A stretch of DNA of 63,405 bases, counting the filler, from Choristocarpus tenellus KU-1152 (taxonomy: Eukaryota; Protista; Phaeophyceae), in assembly GCA_964200185.2 (NCBI GenBank). It is 8 parts of 8 records of this genome, joined end to end, with 100 filler letters (N's around TTAATTAATTAA, not from the genome) between each part and the next. Parts side by side here need not be neighbours in the genome. Positions count along the whole stretch, not along the records: positions 20,360 to 25,366 come from CAXNAD020012193.1; positions 25,467 to 33,759 come from CAXNAD020004886.1; positions 33,860 to 37,565 come from CAXNAD020018400.1; 5 more parts are not named here. The stretch is one strand, 5' to 3'. The notes under the pieces were generated by a model. That model ran no database searches. It saw nothing but the letters and a program-made list of their open reading frames with translations, and was not told the DNA's origin. The translations under genes and the position numbers were made by a program. Positions 22,681 to 35,335 of this stretch are shown piece after piece (position 1 is the stretch's first letter; every line of letters begins with the position of its first letter).

Positions 22681-24810
22681 ATGACTGCAAGTATGGAGCC
22701 TACGCCGAAACGCCATAAGTGTTCGGACGGCCCAGGGGTGCAGGAGGTGGGAGAGGGGTTGGCGGACAATGGGGAACATGTTCCAGAGATGGGCAACGAC
22801 GAGTATGATAACGATAGTCAGGATGAGGAGAGGGTTGGGATCCTTGGCTCACAGAATGGAGACAGTGAAGAAAAAGAGAACTGTACAGGAGATGGAATGA
22901 TATCGTTGGAGGAAGGTTACAGGCAAATGGAAAGTGACAATGGCGAGAGCAACGACAGAGCGGTGGAGGAAGAGAGGCATGAAAGTAAAGGAAGGGATTT
23001 TGCTCGTGAACCAAGCAAAATCGTGCGATCACAGTCCGCATGGATGATCTTTCTCGCAGAGAATCGAACAAAGGTATGGAAGAATTTTCGCTGAGAGGGC
23101 CTACGGGAAAGTTGTGCAAGGGTGTATGGTAAGGGTGTATAGCAAGCATGACCTGCATAGAGGATTGTAGCGTGAGGCAAAGTTGTGGTCCTCATAGAAC
23201 CACCTGCCCTTATCTTTATGAGCCTCATGTATCGGGGATGAAAGTCTCGCTTATCATTAAAATTGAAAGAGGTAGATAACCCGAAGTTGTCATTAATGAC
23301 GTTTCCTAGATTCCAAATGCAAAGCGATCGTTCCCATCATATCTGACCTCACTCGTGATGGGTGGGATTCCCTAGAAGGAATCTTGCATCCTGGAGGGAT
23401 AATTCAATTATCTAACGAAAAAAAAATCGCCTCTCTGGCGACGGACTGACAGTCTTTAACCCACTCTCTAGAGCTTGTGTTTCTTATCTTGATGATTACG
23501 CATGTATCTCCTCGTTTCAGGTTCGAGAGGAGAACCCTGGCTTGAGCATTGGTCCCCTACAAAAAATCCTCAGTGAAAAATGGAAGCAAATGGATGAGAA
23601 AGAGAAGGATCGTTTAAACAAGGTCTGAGGGAGCACCCTGTACCTGTTTTCCTACTTGCCTGTACCCCCATAGTGCCACCTGTATGGGTCTGTCGGCAAG
23701 AAAGCTAAAGACCCCCCCTTGCGGGAGATCTGCTTAGTTCCTTGATAAGTGGAATCCTCGCTGGGGAAGAGCAAAGAAATGCGTGCTCCTGCATTCAGTG
23801 GATCAGAGTCTCTTGCTGGTAGCACCCTTTTTTTGTGAACCAACGCCTCAATTATTGTGGTGTAGAGCTCGGAAGAGCCTATCATCCATTGGGGAGGAGT
23901 AGTTCATGTTTTCATAGTGGAATGAAGTTGTGATAGTAAACACTTGCGGCACAATTTGCTACAGGAGTTATTTGTATGAGCTGTTACAAGACTCAATGGA
24001 TCCTTAAGTGTGAGGGTATGTATGTTCACGCAGCACTTCAAGGTACACATAACATTGAGAGGGAGAAGACTGGGTTGGTGTTGCAGCTCTTCTCACCTTT
24101 CCTCTCCTGCATTTTCTTTTTTTACTGACAGCTAGCCGCTGAAGACAAGGCGCGGATGAAGCGAGAGTTGAAGGAGGCTGGCCTGACCAAACTTCCCTCT
24201 GGCAGGTTTGAGAACATGGATGGGTACAAGTGGATGGTGGTCTGTGGGAGTCATTGATGATTTGACCTTTTTTCTTTCCTCCTCTCTTTTTTTCGTTAAT
24301 TTCCTTCTTAATCATCGCAGCAAAATAATACCTAAATGAAACCGTTTGTTCTGGAGGTGGAAGAGGTACGTTCATTCCAGTGTACACTCTTTTTTTTTGT
24401 GTGCAGATTGTGTTTTTTTTCTTGTCCTTATTGATAGGCCACCACGTAGACAGGACGCCTACCATTCTTCATCTTCCATGTACTATGGAATACAAGTACA
24501 GCAGCACCGTCCATATTTCTCAGTCTGGGTATGATCTGTATGCGTCATAGACTACCTCCATCTCCCCGATGTCAGTTCCAAGGCTGGAGGTGGGGAAAGT
24601 GACGGCCATTTGAACGGGTTGAGTGCTGGTTCTGGAAATGGACAAGCAGAAGGGTCAGGACTTGTACTTCCACTAGCACGAGTTCGCAAGGCAGTACGCC
24701 TGGACCCCTCAGTAGGTAACATCTCGAAGGAAGGCCTTCACCTTGTTGCTAAGGCTACCGAAGTCTTCATGGCTACAACTGCTGAGAGGGTATGGAAGGT
24801 TGCCCAGCAG
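22681..24810 (+). CDS. HMG-box + H2A-like histone-fold (NF-YC/POLE4/CHRAC1/Dpb3 class) fusion protein, 3' end missing; exons 22681-23073, 23521-23622, 24132-24205, 24576-24810
   Basis: HMG box SAWMIFLAENRTK|VREENPGLSIGPLQKILSEKWKQMDEKEK..LAAEDKARM and histone fold LPLARVRKAVRLDPSVGNISKEGLHLVAKATEVFM. All GT-AG phases are consistent. Confidence 0.85.
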
Positions 24811-25344
24811 GTGAGGTGCACTTAGTTGTGCAAGGTGACATGGGGGGGGGGGAACAAATTCTCCACATGTTTATTGTGAGAGCGGAGCAAGATTGGTCGA
24901 GGAAAGACAAGTTTGCAGGGTCGGTGATTGACGAATAGCTGGGCAGGTCGACTGGTAGAAGAGGGTTAGATTCTACCATCATTGACTTACGATTGGTCCC
25001 TTTTTCTGCTGGCTCTACTGTCTCTACAAAACATGTATTGCTGTGACACGATATTGATCCTGCGCTGACTATAATGTCCTGTTGGCACTGTTGAAGGAGC
25101 TACTGTTATGGCAAGTTTGGTTGGTTGGTAGGCGCAAGGGTAAGGGGATCTGCCAAGAGTGAACTTTAAATCCAAAACTGTCACCATTTTCTCTCATACC
25201 ATCACTAACTACTGTAGATAGTCCTGCCAATCATAGTTTTGTTTTCTCATAGATACCATTTTTCAAGGTTTTATGGTCACTGCTGGAAAAAATTTGTGTT
25301 ACATTGTCTACATTTCCCTACTCTTTTGCTACCCTGCCTATTGA

Positions 25345-25366
25345 GATTCAAAGTATCTGGGGGGGG
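25345..25366. mobile_element. MITE subfamily A terminal fragment at contig end
   Basis: GATTCAAAGTATCTGGGGGGGG. Confidence 0.6.
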
Positions 25367-25466
25367 NNNNNNNNNNNNNNNNNNNNNNNNNNNNNNNNNN
25401 NNNNNNNNNNTTAATTAATTAANNNNNNNNNNNNNNNNNNNNNNNNNNNNNNNNNNNNNNNNNNNN
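25367..25466. other. Artificial contig linker
   Basis: Same 100-nt spacer. Confidence 0.98.
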
Positions 25467-25554
25467 CCCCCCCCCCCTGCCTTTGACTTTTCCCCTTCCT
25501 GCATAAATGCCTGAACACTTGAATGCTTTGTTATGTGTTGTGTTATGTTCACAG

Positions 25555-28500
25555 TGCTAGCAGCAGCAACCCTACCTACCTATGGACTGAAATCTGTGGA
25601 CCAGTACATCAAGAGGGCGTTTCCAATGGCACGGAAGATTCAGCAGATTCATATGCATCAACATCATCCCGCCATTCAGCAGGCAAATTTTTATTGGCTG
25701 CCAGGAAGCTCTTTTTAGTAGTGAATGCCCTTCACTATATTTTGAACGATTTATTTGTTTGCTACATGGTATGTATATTTGCTGAATATAATGTAGATTG
25801 TGAGATATTGTTGTTGAATAGTCCCCATTGATGATGAATGTTAAATGTGGTTGCTAGTGGTGGTATTAGTATTAGTAGTAGCTGTATTATTGTCAATATT
25901 ATTATTATTATTATATATGTATTTGTTGATCTCTACGTACATACTTGCTTTGTGAAAACATGTACTCCAATTGATGCAAGATCTGTTTTTGTTGGTTTTT
26001 GCCTCTTATATTCATTTTTTATTCTACTTTGCTGCCGCTGGATAGTCACAAAGTACAGTCAAGTACAACCCTCATGCATCACACAAATAGTAGTTGTACA
26101 CATCTTTGGAGTGCTAGCTTTCACTTTTACAGAAGGCCTTGTTATGCGAACTATCAAACCGAGAAGGACAGCTTCTACTCAAAACCCTATCAAACCCGGT
26201 GAAATTAAATTAAATTAAATGCATTGCTCTACTCAAAACTTGTCAGTCTAGCCAATCCTATCTGTATGCAAAGCCCAACAGCCCTCCCCTCTTGAGGTCA
26301 AATTTTTATTTTGTACCCCCAACCGGAACATCTGCCTCTTGTTTTTTTTAAGATTTATTTTATTTAATGTTGTGACTTACTCTTGTGCACTTCAACACAG
26401 GAATTTATCGAGGTGGGGAAAAACCTCAACGAAAAAATTGATGCTGTGATTGAACTGCTCCGAGGTGAGCAGGAAGGCGTGTGCCCTGGGGGAGAGGGTT
26501 GTGTGTGTTGCTGGTGTAACCCTAACCCTAAGTTGCATAGTTGCGTTCTCATTGTACATCTAATACATCTAATACTAGGATATTGAAGTGTTGTTGGGGA
26601 GCTTTTCAAGTTTAGCTTGTGTGTGTATCCATTTGGTGATGTTTGTGCCACAGCTGTGACTATTGTGTATGGTGTATTTTTGGTGAAGTAGTGATGAGGA
26701 CTCTTGACTCTGTGTATGTTAGACCGTGTTTGTAGTATCCTGTACTTGTTCCAGATAGTATATTATCTGATTTTGTGACACTACACAGGGTGCTGTATGC
26801 AGTTAGCTTTTCTCGCAGTTATATTTCCTTATCTACACCCAGGTGCCTTGTGTCAGTAGAATAGAAAGGGATCAGGATCACACCCCTTGTATGTGCCTGC
26901 CTGCTTTGACACTGGTGCTTCTTAGTTGTCTGTTGTTATTTGATGTCAAAATAGGGTTAGGGTTACAGATTGATGTCAAAACATAACATGGTTACAGATG
27001 GAATACTGCATGTTCCACACAGGCTGTACTCAATGTAATATCATTCATCTCCTCTGTTCCCCCCTGAAGGGCATCTAGTTCCCCTCCGATTTGATTCCTT
27101 CTGTCTGTTTGTTGTCTCTTCTTGTGGTATCTATCTATCTATATGTAGGTAGATAGTAGGTACGTTCCTCTTCTGCTTATTCCTTTTCATTGTTATATTA
27201 CTATAATTATGTATTTTACAATAGTAATAACATTGGTATAGTGCAATAGTAATAACACTTGGGCGTAATGACATTGGTATAGTGCAATAGTACAAGCAAA
27301 ATCGATCACACACACACACACACACTTTATTTATGTTTTTTTCTTACTAAATAGAGCCAGTCCACAAGATGTGACCCCCTTTCCTGAAACATTACTTAGT
27401 CAGAACTGCTGAGGCAAACAGTCATGTATGCTGTATATCAGTTGAACTGTTGAGTCAGAACATTCCCACAGTTCATAGGGAAAAGTAGGTGTTTTTGAGG
27501 TGATTGATCTGAATATTCCTTTGGACTGCAGGTGCCACAGGCCAAGTTTTGATGGTCCAAACTTGTAAGGTTGTTCTAACTTGGTTTTTTATTATTTTAT
27601 GTTTTTTTTCTTTTGTAGAGAGGAACAAGACGATGCACAAGACCCTCGTGTTTGCTAATACTGCCACAGCCTGCAAGGTGAGAACAACAACCTCCTTCAT
27701 ATCATAGCAAAACTTTGGTGTATTTGTTGTCTGTTGGGTAGGTGGGAGTTGGAGGCGATATTGGTGAAGTAAGTACTTGGTGGATGGAAGATTTTTTTTT
27801 TCTTTGAAAGTTGATTGCTGTTGTGTTCATGGAAGGAATCGTCTACGTTGCAGGAAAATTTTATGGGTTCCAATGTCTCAACGGGCTCACTCATTCATTT
27901 TTTTCATGTCCAAGTTGCATCTGATACAAGAAGTACTTAGCTGGTTGATAGGTCTTGAGAGTCCTTGATTTGTTGATGATGGTATGGATGTACATGATGT
28001 GAGTCAATGGAACTGGAACTGGAGGTGTTTTGGCCATTTCGAGTTTTGAAGGGGATACTCGATGTTGTTTTGTAGAAGATGGCATTAAAAACAGGGTGTC
28101 AACAAGGAGAACCTGCTTCTGCAATGTGAATGTACCTGAATGTAGTAACAAAACAGCAAGCAAAGAACATTCCGCGCAGTACATATACGTTCAGAAACAT
28201 GTGCTCTGAAAAAATGTACAACCAGAAAGTCAGAAGGACCCTTTGAACTCAATGCCACTCCCCTCTGGCATGGACTGACTTTGGGGATGCAGGTTATGGT
28301 TGAGGATGGAACAAGGTTGATAGCAGTAGCTTCACCAATGAAAAGCTATTCTGAAAGTGGTGTAGTTGTTCTTGCCCACTTGTCCCATTGTGCCTTCTTG
28401 CCGACACTTCTGTTGTCGCCAGAGGGTATACCCTTTGCTGATCCTAAACATGTTGTGTTTGGCATTAGGAAGCAAGAGTGGATTACTCTATTTATGATAT

Positions 28501-31500
28501 TTTGCACTCAGTTATGACGACATTGTGTCTCATGGCTAAACCACCATAACCACCCCCCTCTGCCCTCTGCCCATCCTCCTTTATGACTGTGGCACACTCT
28601 TACTCAACCCTGGTCCTTTTGTGCACCCTGGTTGTTGTACTTGTTACACTTCAACTCCTACCTTTCACAGAATGTTCACATGGCTTTGGAAGAGGAGGGA
28701 TTTTCTGTGGTGGCCTACCATAAAGACATAGTACCTTATGAGAGGATGGAAAACCTGGAGGCGTTACGGAAGGGTAGCGCTAAGATCCTTGTGTGCACCG
28801 ACCTTGCTGCAAGGTGTGCTGTACAATGATGATGGTAGAGAAATGTAGGACATGTTTTCTTTGTGGTTTGCATTTGTACTTGGTTCTGTACTACTTGCTT
28901 GTACTTGGTGCCTCTTCTCCGTAGAGTGTATGTTTTGGGCTTGCTTGGAACTCTATTTGCTTTGAAATTCCCTGTGACCTTGACCAATAGCTGTTCTCTG
29001 AACTCTTGTGGGGATGAGTTTTCACCTAGTTTCAGATGATGACCTCTTTGGGCTAGACAGGCTGACCAAGCCCATGCTGTTGATTAATAGTCCACATGTC
29101 CTGTATTATTTGTGGCAATGGTTTCTAGTAGGGATGATGTGTATTTTTTTATGGTCAATGCCTTGTCGATCTGTTAGCTTGAACTTGAACTTGAACTTGA
29201 ACAGGCCATCATTTGAGAAGATGTATTGACACATCGTTGTATACCCCAAAATGAACAGTAACAGCCTGAGATGGAATATTAGGAGACTGACTGTTAGGTG
29301 AGACAGTTTCAAGCTAGTGTAGTTTTATTGTTAATTTTTTACTTTTTACACAAGTTATAGGGGCACCTATCAGTGGTCAAAAGGTAGTCAAATGGGAAGC
29401 AGTTACACAATTCTTTTAGTAGATGATACTACTTATGTAGGGAATTAGGAAGAAAAAGGAAAGAGAAACACCCGATATAGCCTAAGTAATATGCTGCAAA
29501 TTTCATGATGACTTCAGTCTCTGAACACATCAATAGGTGCAAGTCATGCACACCCTCCCCCTGATTGTTCCACACAGGGGGGCATGTTATGTGTGGCGTA
29601 ATGTGTCACTGATTGCACAGTTTTCCCACAGTGTTGGTGTGGTCTTCGTTGCTACTGAATTGCTATTCAACTAATGGTTACTTCACTACTGAGAATGTCT
29701 TGGTTAAAGTTGGTTTCGGCAGTTACAAAACAGTGCAAAGAGTCATGTTTAGGAGAGTTCTCTGTGATCATTTTTTTTTGTACCTTCGGTCTTGTTGCTT
29801 TCTTGATAACTTAACATGTGTCTGTTGTCTGGGTGTTGAACAGTTAATAGGCACCATTATAGGCTATTGCAAGAGTCATACGCTTTTATAGGTTGTGTGC
29901 ATTAAGGATGTGCCCAGGGCTAGCAGTATTTGCTTGTCTTTCACACACTATTGATGCCTACACACTACACTGACAAGCACAACACGTTCCTTGTTCAATG
30001 TGTGCAAGGGTAGTACAACCTTGTCCTTCATTGTGTGCACTGCTTGGTTTGGATAGGTCATCCGCATGTAGTCATACTGCTTCATGTGGTCATCACTTTC
30101 CTTTGTGCTACTTGTCTGTTCCCCTCCTCTCATGGTTACCGCTCTCCAATACTATGGACTGCTCCTGGTTCTGTCAATGACACAACAGAGGCATTGATAT
30201 ACCTTCAGTAACCAACATTGTGCAGATGGAGTTTGCCACAAATGTGGTGAGTTTATGGTTCACCTCCCCTATGACCCCTTTGTTTCCCTCCCTCTACACT
30301 ACTGTTGAGGTACCAAGCATGTTTTCCTGGCAGACTCTGTATGGCATTGTGAAGAGCAGTTGTTAAGGCGAAGTTGATGATTGCCTATTTGTATAAGATG
30401 TTGTGAGGGGTGTGTTGCCAATCTTGCTCACAATAGGAATTGGACGCAGCTCAATACACTTGCATCAATTTTTTGCTGTTTGATGTGTTACTCGACTAAT
30501 GTGCAGCTAATGGGAGGGTTAATTGGTTGTCACCTTCAAGCCCTCACTCCTCCTTCACCCTCCTTCACCCTTTCCTACCAAAAGCATACTTATTTGATTT
30601 GTCCTCAACAGATTGGATTTGTTGGTTGCCCTGGCTCCACATTCATTTCTAAGCCTAGTCCTAACCCTAAGGTGAAACAGTGAAGTGATTCGAAGGAAGT
30701 GTGCCCCACCATCCGTGCTTCTGTCCCTCTCTGTGATTATCAGAATGGTTCAAGGATGGTGAACCCTTTTAGAGAGCTCCGTATAGGATTCTGTGCTTGG
30801 GGTTTTCTTGAAGTATCATCTACTGTTAGTAGCATCTTAGGATTGATTCGGCCTGTCACTGTGAAACAGGGTGCAGTCACTTTTAAAGAGGTATGAAGAG
30901 GAAGATGATGCACTTCTATTTTGATGCAGGTCTTGTTGTTGTGAACAACATGTTGTGAAGCACGAGAAAAGGCCTTTCAACACAAGATCGCTCCTGACTG
31001 AGACTAATAGTTTCAAGAGCAATTTTTCTGTGTACGCTGAATGAGGCACATTCTGGTCGCACCTTGCCTTCTTTTACAGTATTTCCATTATTCCGTTCAT
31101 CCCCACGTCTCTGTCAGTTGTTTTCATTCATTGTGTATTATTTATCGTTTATATCATTTATCATATATCACGTATCGTTTTATCATTTATCTAGGTACAC
31201 CACTTGCATCGGTTGGGACGAGCTGCTAGGGCTGGGCGCCGGGGAATGGCAACCAACTTCTACGACGAAAGCTCCAAGGCAAGCAAAGCGCTATCCTACG
31301 CACTGGCTTTGTTCATATGGTAGATGTGTAGCATTCAAAACACATCAAGTGTACATTTTCCTACCTGGGGTTCACGTTTTGTATGTATCCTGTATTTAAC
31401 TACCATGTACACCATTTCCTCTCTTCTACTGCTGGCACTCCTTTATCTTTTCATCTCTGATTACTACTACTACTATTGCTGCGAACGCTAGTATGCATTG

Positions 31501-31757
31501 TGAATGGTCACATTTTGGAGTGACGTTAATGCACTTCCCCCTTTTTTTTACAGGATTTAGTGGATGCTGTCAAGGGGACGGTAGAGGGTGCGAGACTGGA
31601 TGGGTCGTTTAGTCGAAAGCGTGGCTTCCGCAACAAGTTCAAGAGGTACGGAGCTAGTCGAACGTACAATTCGTCAAATCCACGTGTCAAGATTGACAAG
31701 GCTGCTCGAAGAGCCCGATATGCTTTGGATAGTGATGAAGGAGATGAATATTATTGA
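25555..31757 (+). CDS. DEAD-box RNA helicase, RH22-like (plastid ribosome biogenesis type), 3' half; exons 25555-25682, 26401-26464, 27619-27677, 28671-28813, 30189-30246, 31195-31278, 31554-31757
   Basis: Motifs AATLP (III variant), LVFANT (IV), LVCTDLAARGIDIP (V) and HRLGRAARAG (VI), plus the C-terminal FSRKRGFRNK signature recalled from plant RH22. Two introns are GC-AG. Confidence 0.88.
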
Positions 31758-31999
31758 GGGGCCTCCCTGATATGTGCGTCCCACTTGCTTGGTCCATTTT
31801 CCATCCAGTCCGCTCATGAGTGCTGGGTTGTAGAGGCAGAGAAAGGTTGGATGAGATGGTCCTGACAAGAGGGAGTTGTGCAATGTTTGTGTGGGTTTCC
31901 ATCATGGACTGTTGAAGATTGAAGGCCTAGGATATTTTACATCCTTGTTTCATCTTGTGGTTGATGGCATAGGTGATCATAGTGTTCATGGTGATAGGG

Positions 32000-32720
32000 A
32001 GGTTTAAGGGATGGAGGGAGTCCGATGATAGAAACCATTGATAGGAACAAACTACTGAGGGTACCCTTACATTAGAGTGAGAGACCGACTCACAGGCAGA
32101 GACAATGAGGTCAGACAACAGTTCAAAGAGGGGAACAGTGGTAGATTTTCTTTTTCTTTTTACACGCTGACAAGGTGGTGGGGAGTTGTGATTCTTTGCT
32201 TTTCTGAAGAACTGTATGTCCCCCTTACCATGTGGATGTTGTCTAGTATTGTTTAGGGTGTGCCATCTCTACCTGCAAGGTCAACCATGGGCATGATGGG
32301 CGTATGTGCATAATCTTGTTGCCAGGCAATGTCTCTTTCGCATGCGTAGGTTGGTAAAAGTCAGAAGTGATTTGACAGCGCACAGTGCTAGAAGGGCTGG
32401 CTAGAGCTTGCAATGTTGGTGTGAGCACGAGGAAGTGTGGGTGGAATTATGTAGGTGGCGAAACTCCCACCACATGTTGTACTCTGTGTACACTTGGGCA
32501 CATTGTAGCATGACAAACGAAAGGCGAGAGAGTCTAGTCATGAAGGCACAGGTCGTCACAAGAAATGATGCAGTACTTGATTCATGAAAATCGCCAAGTA
32601 TCATTGTGTATTTGTCAAGGACTAAGGAAAACGACATTTAATTAATCGCCTGGGACACTGCTGCCAAATTGTAGACGTTGTGAGCAGGAAGACCAGCCTG
32701 TAAGTATGAGGGGTTTGAAT
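32000..32720 (-). mobile_element. Possible LINE APE-endonuclease remnant
   Basis: The minus strand has AHNVYNL ... MILGDFH (like NVY.P and GDFN), interrupted by stops. Confidence 0.3.
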
Positions 32721-33690
32721 GGATACTTCGGTATGGCTACAGAAGAAACTATTGATGGTAGATGTGTGTGTAACAGTTCTCATTCACTATGTTGTGTGAC
32801 CAGGTAACCAAGATCTACGGTATGTTTGGGTTGATTTGAGGGCTATCTTCTTTGAGCCGTTCAATGATAATATTTCACTGAAGCTCTGTTTTAGTGTCCG
32901 CGATTTCGCATGTGGTGCGCAAATAGGCAACTACAACATGGCAATCAAAGCATTTGGACCGGAATTTCGATGTGGAGGGTGCATACATCATCAGCAGAAC
33001 AATCGGGAATTAGTTTTGGATCTTGTGGAGAGCAATTCCATTACTCATGCTGGGCTGTACGTCCAAGATGTACTCAGTATTCCAATGCCTATAGTGACTT
33101 TTTCGTTTGCCTGGCTGGTCAGGTCTGCTAAATTGCTCTCTTCACCACCAAATTTTCTGCCCTAACCTTCTCACCTTCACATAAGATTTTTCGTACATAG
33201 GGGCACAATAGGATGGATGTAAATATGCTCAGAATTGAGGGGCGATGGACAATACAAGAAATATATATGGAATAGGTATGAGTTGTAGTATAGCGTACAT
33301 CAATAAAGAGCGAACCAATTGAGAGGTAGGCAGGTCTGGACCCTTTTGCATTCCAAGCCACCTTTCTTACCATGTGTAATACTCTGTTTCACTGCTTGAC
33401 ATGCACAATAGTGTACGCACCATACTTCAGCAAAGGTTCTTTGTGCAATTGTACAAAATGGTATGTTTTTGCCCTTATTCTGGATCGTTAAAATGCAGCC
33501 CTACCTACCTACCTCTCAGTTGGTTTGACTCGAATTTAAATCATTGTTGATATTATTCATATTACTCCCTCTGTCCATTAGTCTGTGCCGTAATGTTGTA
33601 GCTCTTCAAGATCTCCGATTACAAAATGGATTTTTGCGTTGGATTCCTTGCAATATTTTACATGTATCTTCTAAAATGTCAAAGAATTCT

Positions 33691-33759
33691 GGCTCAAAGT
33701 ATCTGGGAGGGGGTGGCGGCTGTCCATTTGTGGTCAATTTTTGTATGTCGCGATTTTTG
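33691..33759 (+). mobile_element. MITE subfamily A, 5' part cut by linker
   Basis: GGCTCAAAGTATCTGGGAGGGGGTGGCGGCTGTCCATTTG... matches the 62938 copy. Confidence 0.8.
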
Positions 33760-33859
33760 NNNNNNNNNNNNNNNNNNNNNNNNNNNNNNNNNNNNNNNNN
33801 NNNTTAATTAATTAANNNNNNNNNNNNNNNNNNNNNNNNNNNNNNNNNNNNNNNNNNNN
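33760..33859. other. Artificial contig linker
   Basis: Same 100-nt spacer. Confidence 0.98.
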
Positions 33860-34518
33860 GGTCGTGTGAGGCTTAACACTCTCTTATCTTCACTACTAAC
33901 AAATAGCATTACCTCCCAAGGTAATTGCACACTTAGAACGACGCTATGGGGGTGTTGCCTCTGGTGACAGTTACTTGGATGTCAGACACTCTTCTCTCGA
34001 TGCTTCAATCAGTGCTTACCTCAAAGCTTGACTTAATGTTTCACTCAAGATCAAAGAATGACGAAGGGTGCATTGAGAGGTCCTCAAAAGCACTCTTATA
34101 TTATCATCATCCACCCGATTTGTACATAATATAAGTTAAAAGACATCTGCAAGCTGTTGTATACGTACTCAAATTACAAAACTCTTCTGCAACTCCCAGG
34201 AATTAACGTCTATTCTGTGAGGTTATGTATACATTTTGAATCTTACTCTGCATCTCCTATCAATTCAACGTTCCTCTTATATGAATTCTTACATATGTAT
34301 ACTGTTCGCGCATATTGGCACTCAGAAAGAAATGCTCGCACTATTCGCCTGTATCACCACCTCCTGTGTCGTCCCTCTCCAGTTGACCATCATCCCTGAG
34401 TTCCTCAAGCTTCCTCACAATGAGGTCGACAACACCTACACCATCTTAACAGGACAGTATCAGCACCACACGGTCAAACTACCAGACTCTCGAAGGACCT
34501 GCCATTTTCTTCTCTAAA

Positions 34519-34696
34519 AGCTCAAAGGGTCTGGAGGGGGGTGGTGACTGCCCTTCCGTGGCCCATTTTTCCATGTCACGATTTTGGGGTGATTTGGTTG
34601 CATGCGTCAGATGGATAATGTATGTGCACTTCTCCTGGTCAGGGCCTGATTAGATGCTTTGGTGTAGACCCCCCCCCCCAACAGATACCTTGAGTC
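34519..34696 (+). mobile_element. MITE subfamily A, full length
   Basis: TIRs AGCTCAAAGGGTCTGG / CAGATACCTTGAGTC, AAA flanks, and the internal GATGGATAATGTATGTGCAC core. Confidence 0.85.
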
Positions 34697-35153
34697 AAAT
34701 AACAAACACGCGGGGACAAATCCCTCGCCAAGTTTGGGTGAGGGACAGAATTCATACTTCCTGGTAGTTCCAATACCGTTACCAGGTGGAGAGGTTATGG
34801 TGTGAATGTCGACGATGAAGAAAGACTGGTGTACTCCGTGGTTATGAGGCCGAGCATGGTGACCAGTCCTTTTTTCAAGGATTACAACCGCACATGCTGA
34901 AGGAAGAGGCTGAGGAAGGCATCCAACTGCTGCAGGAGAAGGAGAATAGGGAGCATGATTCACTCCATGATCAATACGGTGCTGAGTGCAGGGGATTGTA
35001 CTTCCAATCTGAGGAGTGGGGGATGAGAGATGCTGTGTCGAGACACCAACGTGTTCATGTGGTTGACCATGGACAGGGGTCAGTTAACTACCCTTACCAG
35101 GTCAGATGGGATGAAGGTCAGGTATGGAATGTCCAGCTTTGACAGAAAGCTAT

Positions 35154-35335
35154 GGCTCAAAGTATCTGGGGAGGGGGGAAAGGGTTATACCAGGGTGTTC
35201 ACTCGGGCCCTGACCAGGAGATGTGCACATACATTATCCATCCAAACCATGCAACTAGAGTCAACCAAAAATCGAGACATGAAAAAATGGGCCCCAAATG
35301 GAGGGTCTCCACCCCCCCCCCAGATGCTTTGAGCC
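35154..35335 (-). mobile_element. MITE subfamily A, full length, reverse orientation
   Basis: TIRs GGCTCAAAGTATCTGGGG / CCCCAGATGCTTTGAGCC. Confidence 0.85.

Noticed and set aside
24810-25682. Joining the HMG/histone-fold gene to the helicase exons as one fusion
   Set aside because: They are separated by an artificial linker and the splice phases are incompatible (0 versus 1).
27197-29201. Small intronic tandem repeats (27219-27290 duplication, (CA)n, (CTTGAA)4)
   Set aside because: Ordinary slippage repeats.
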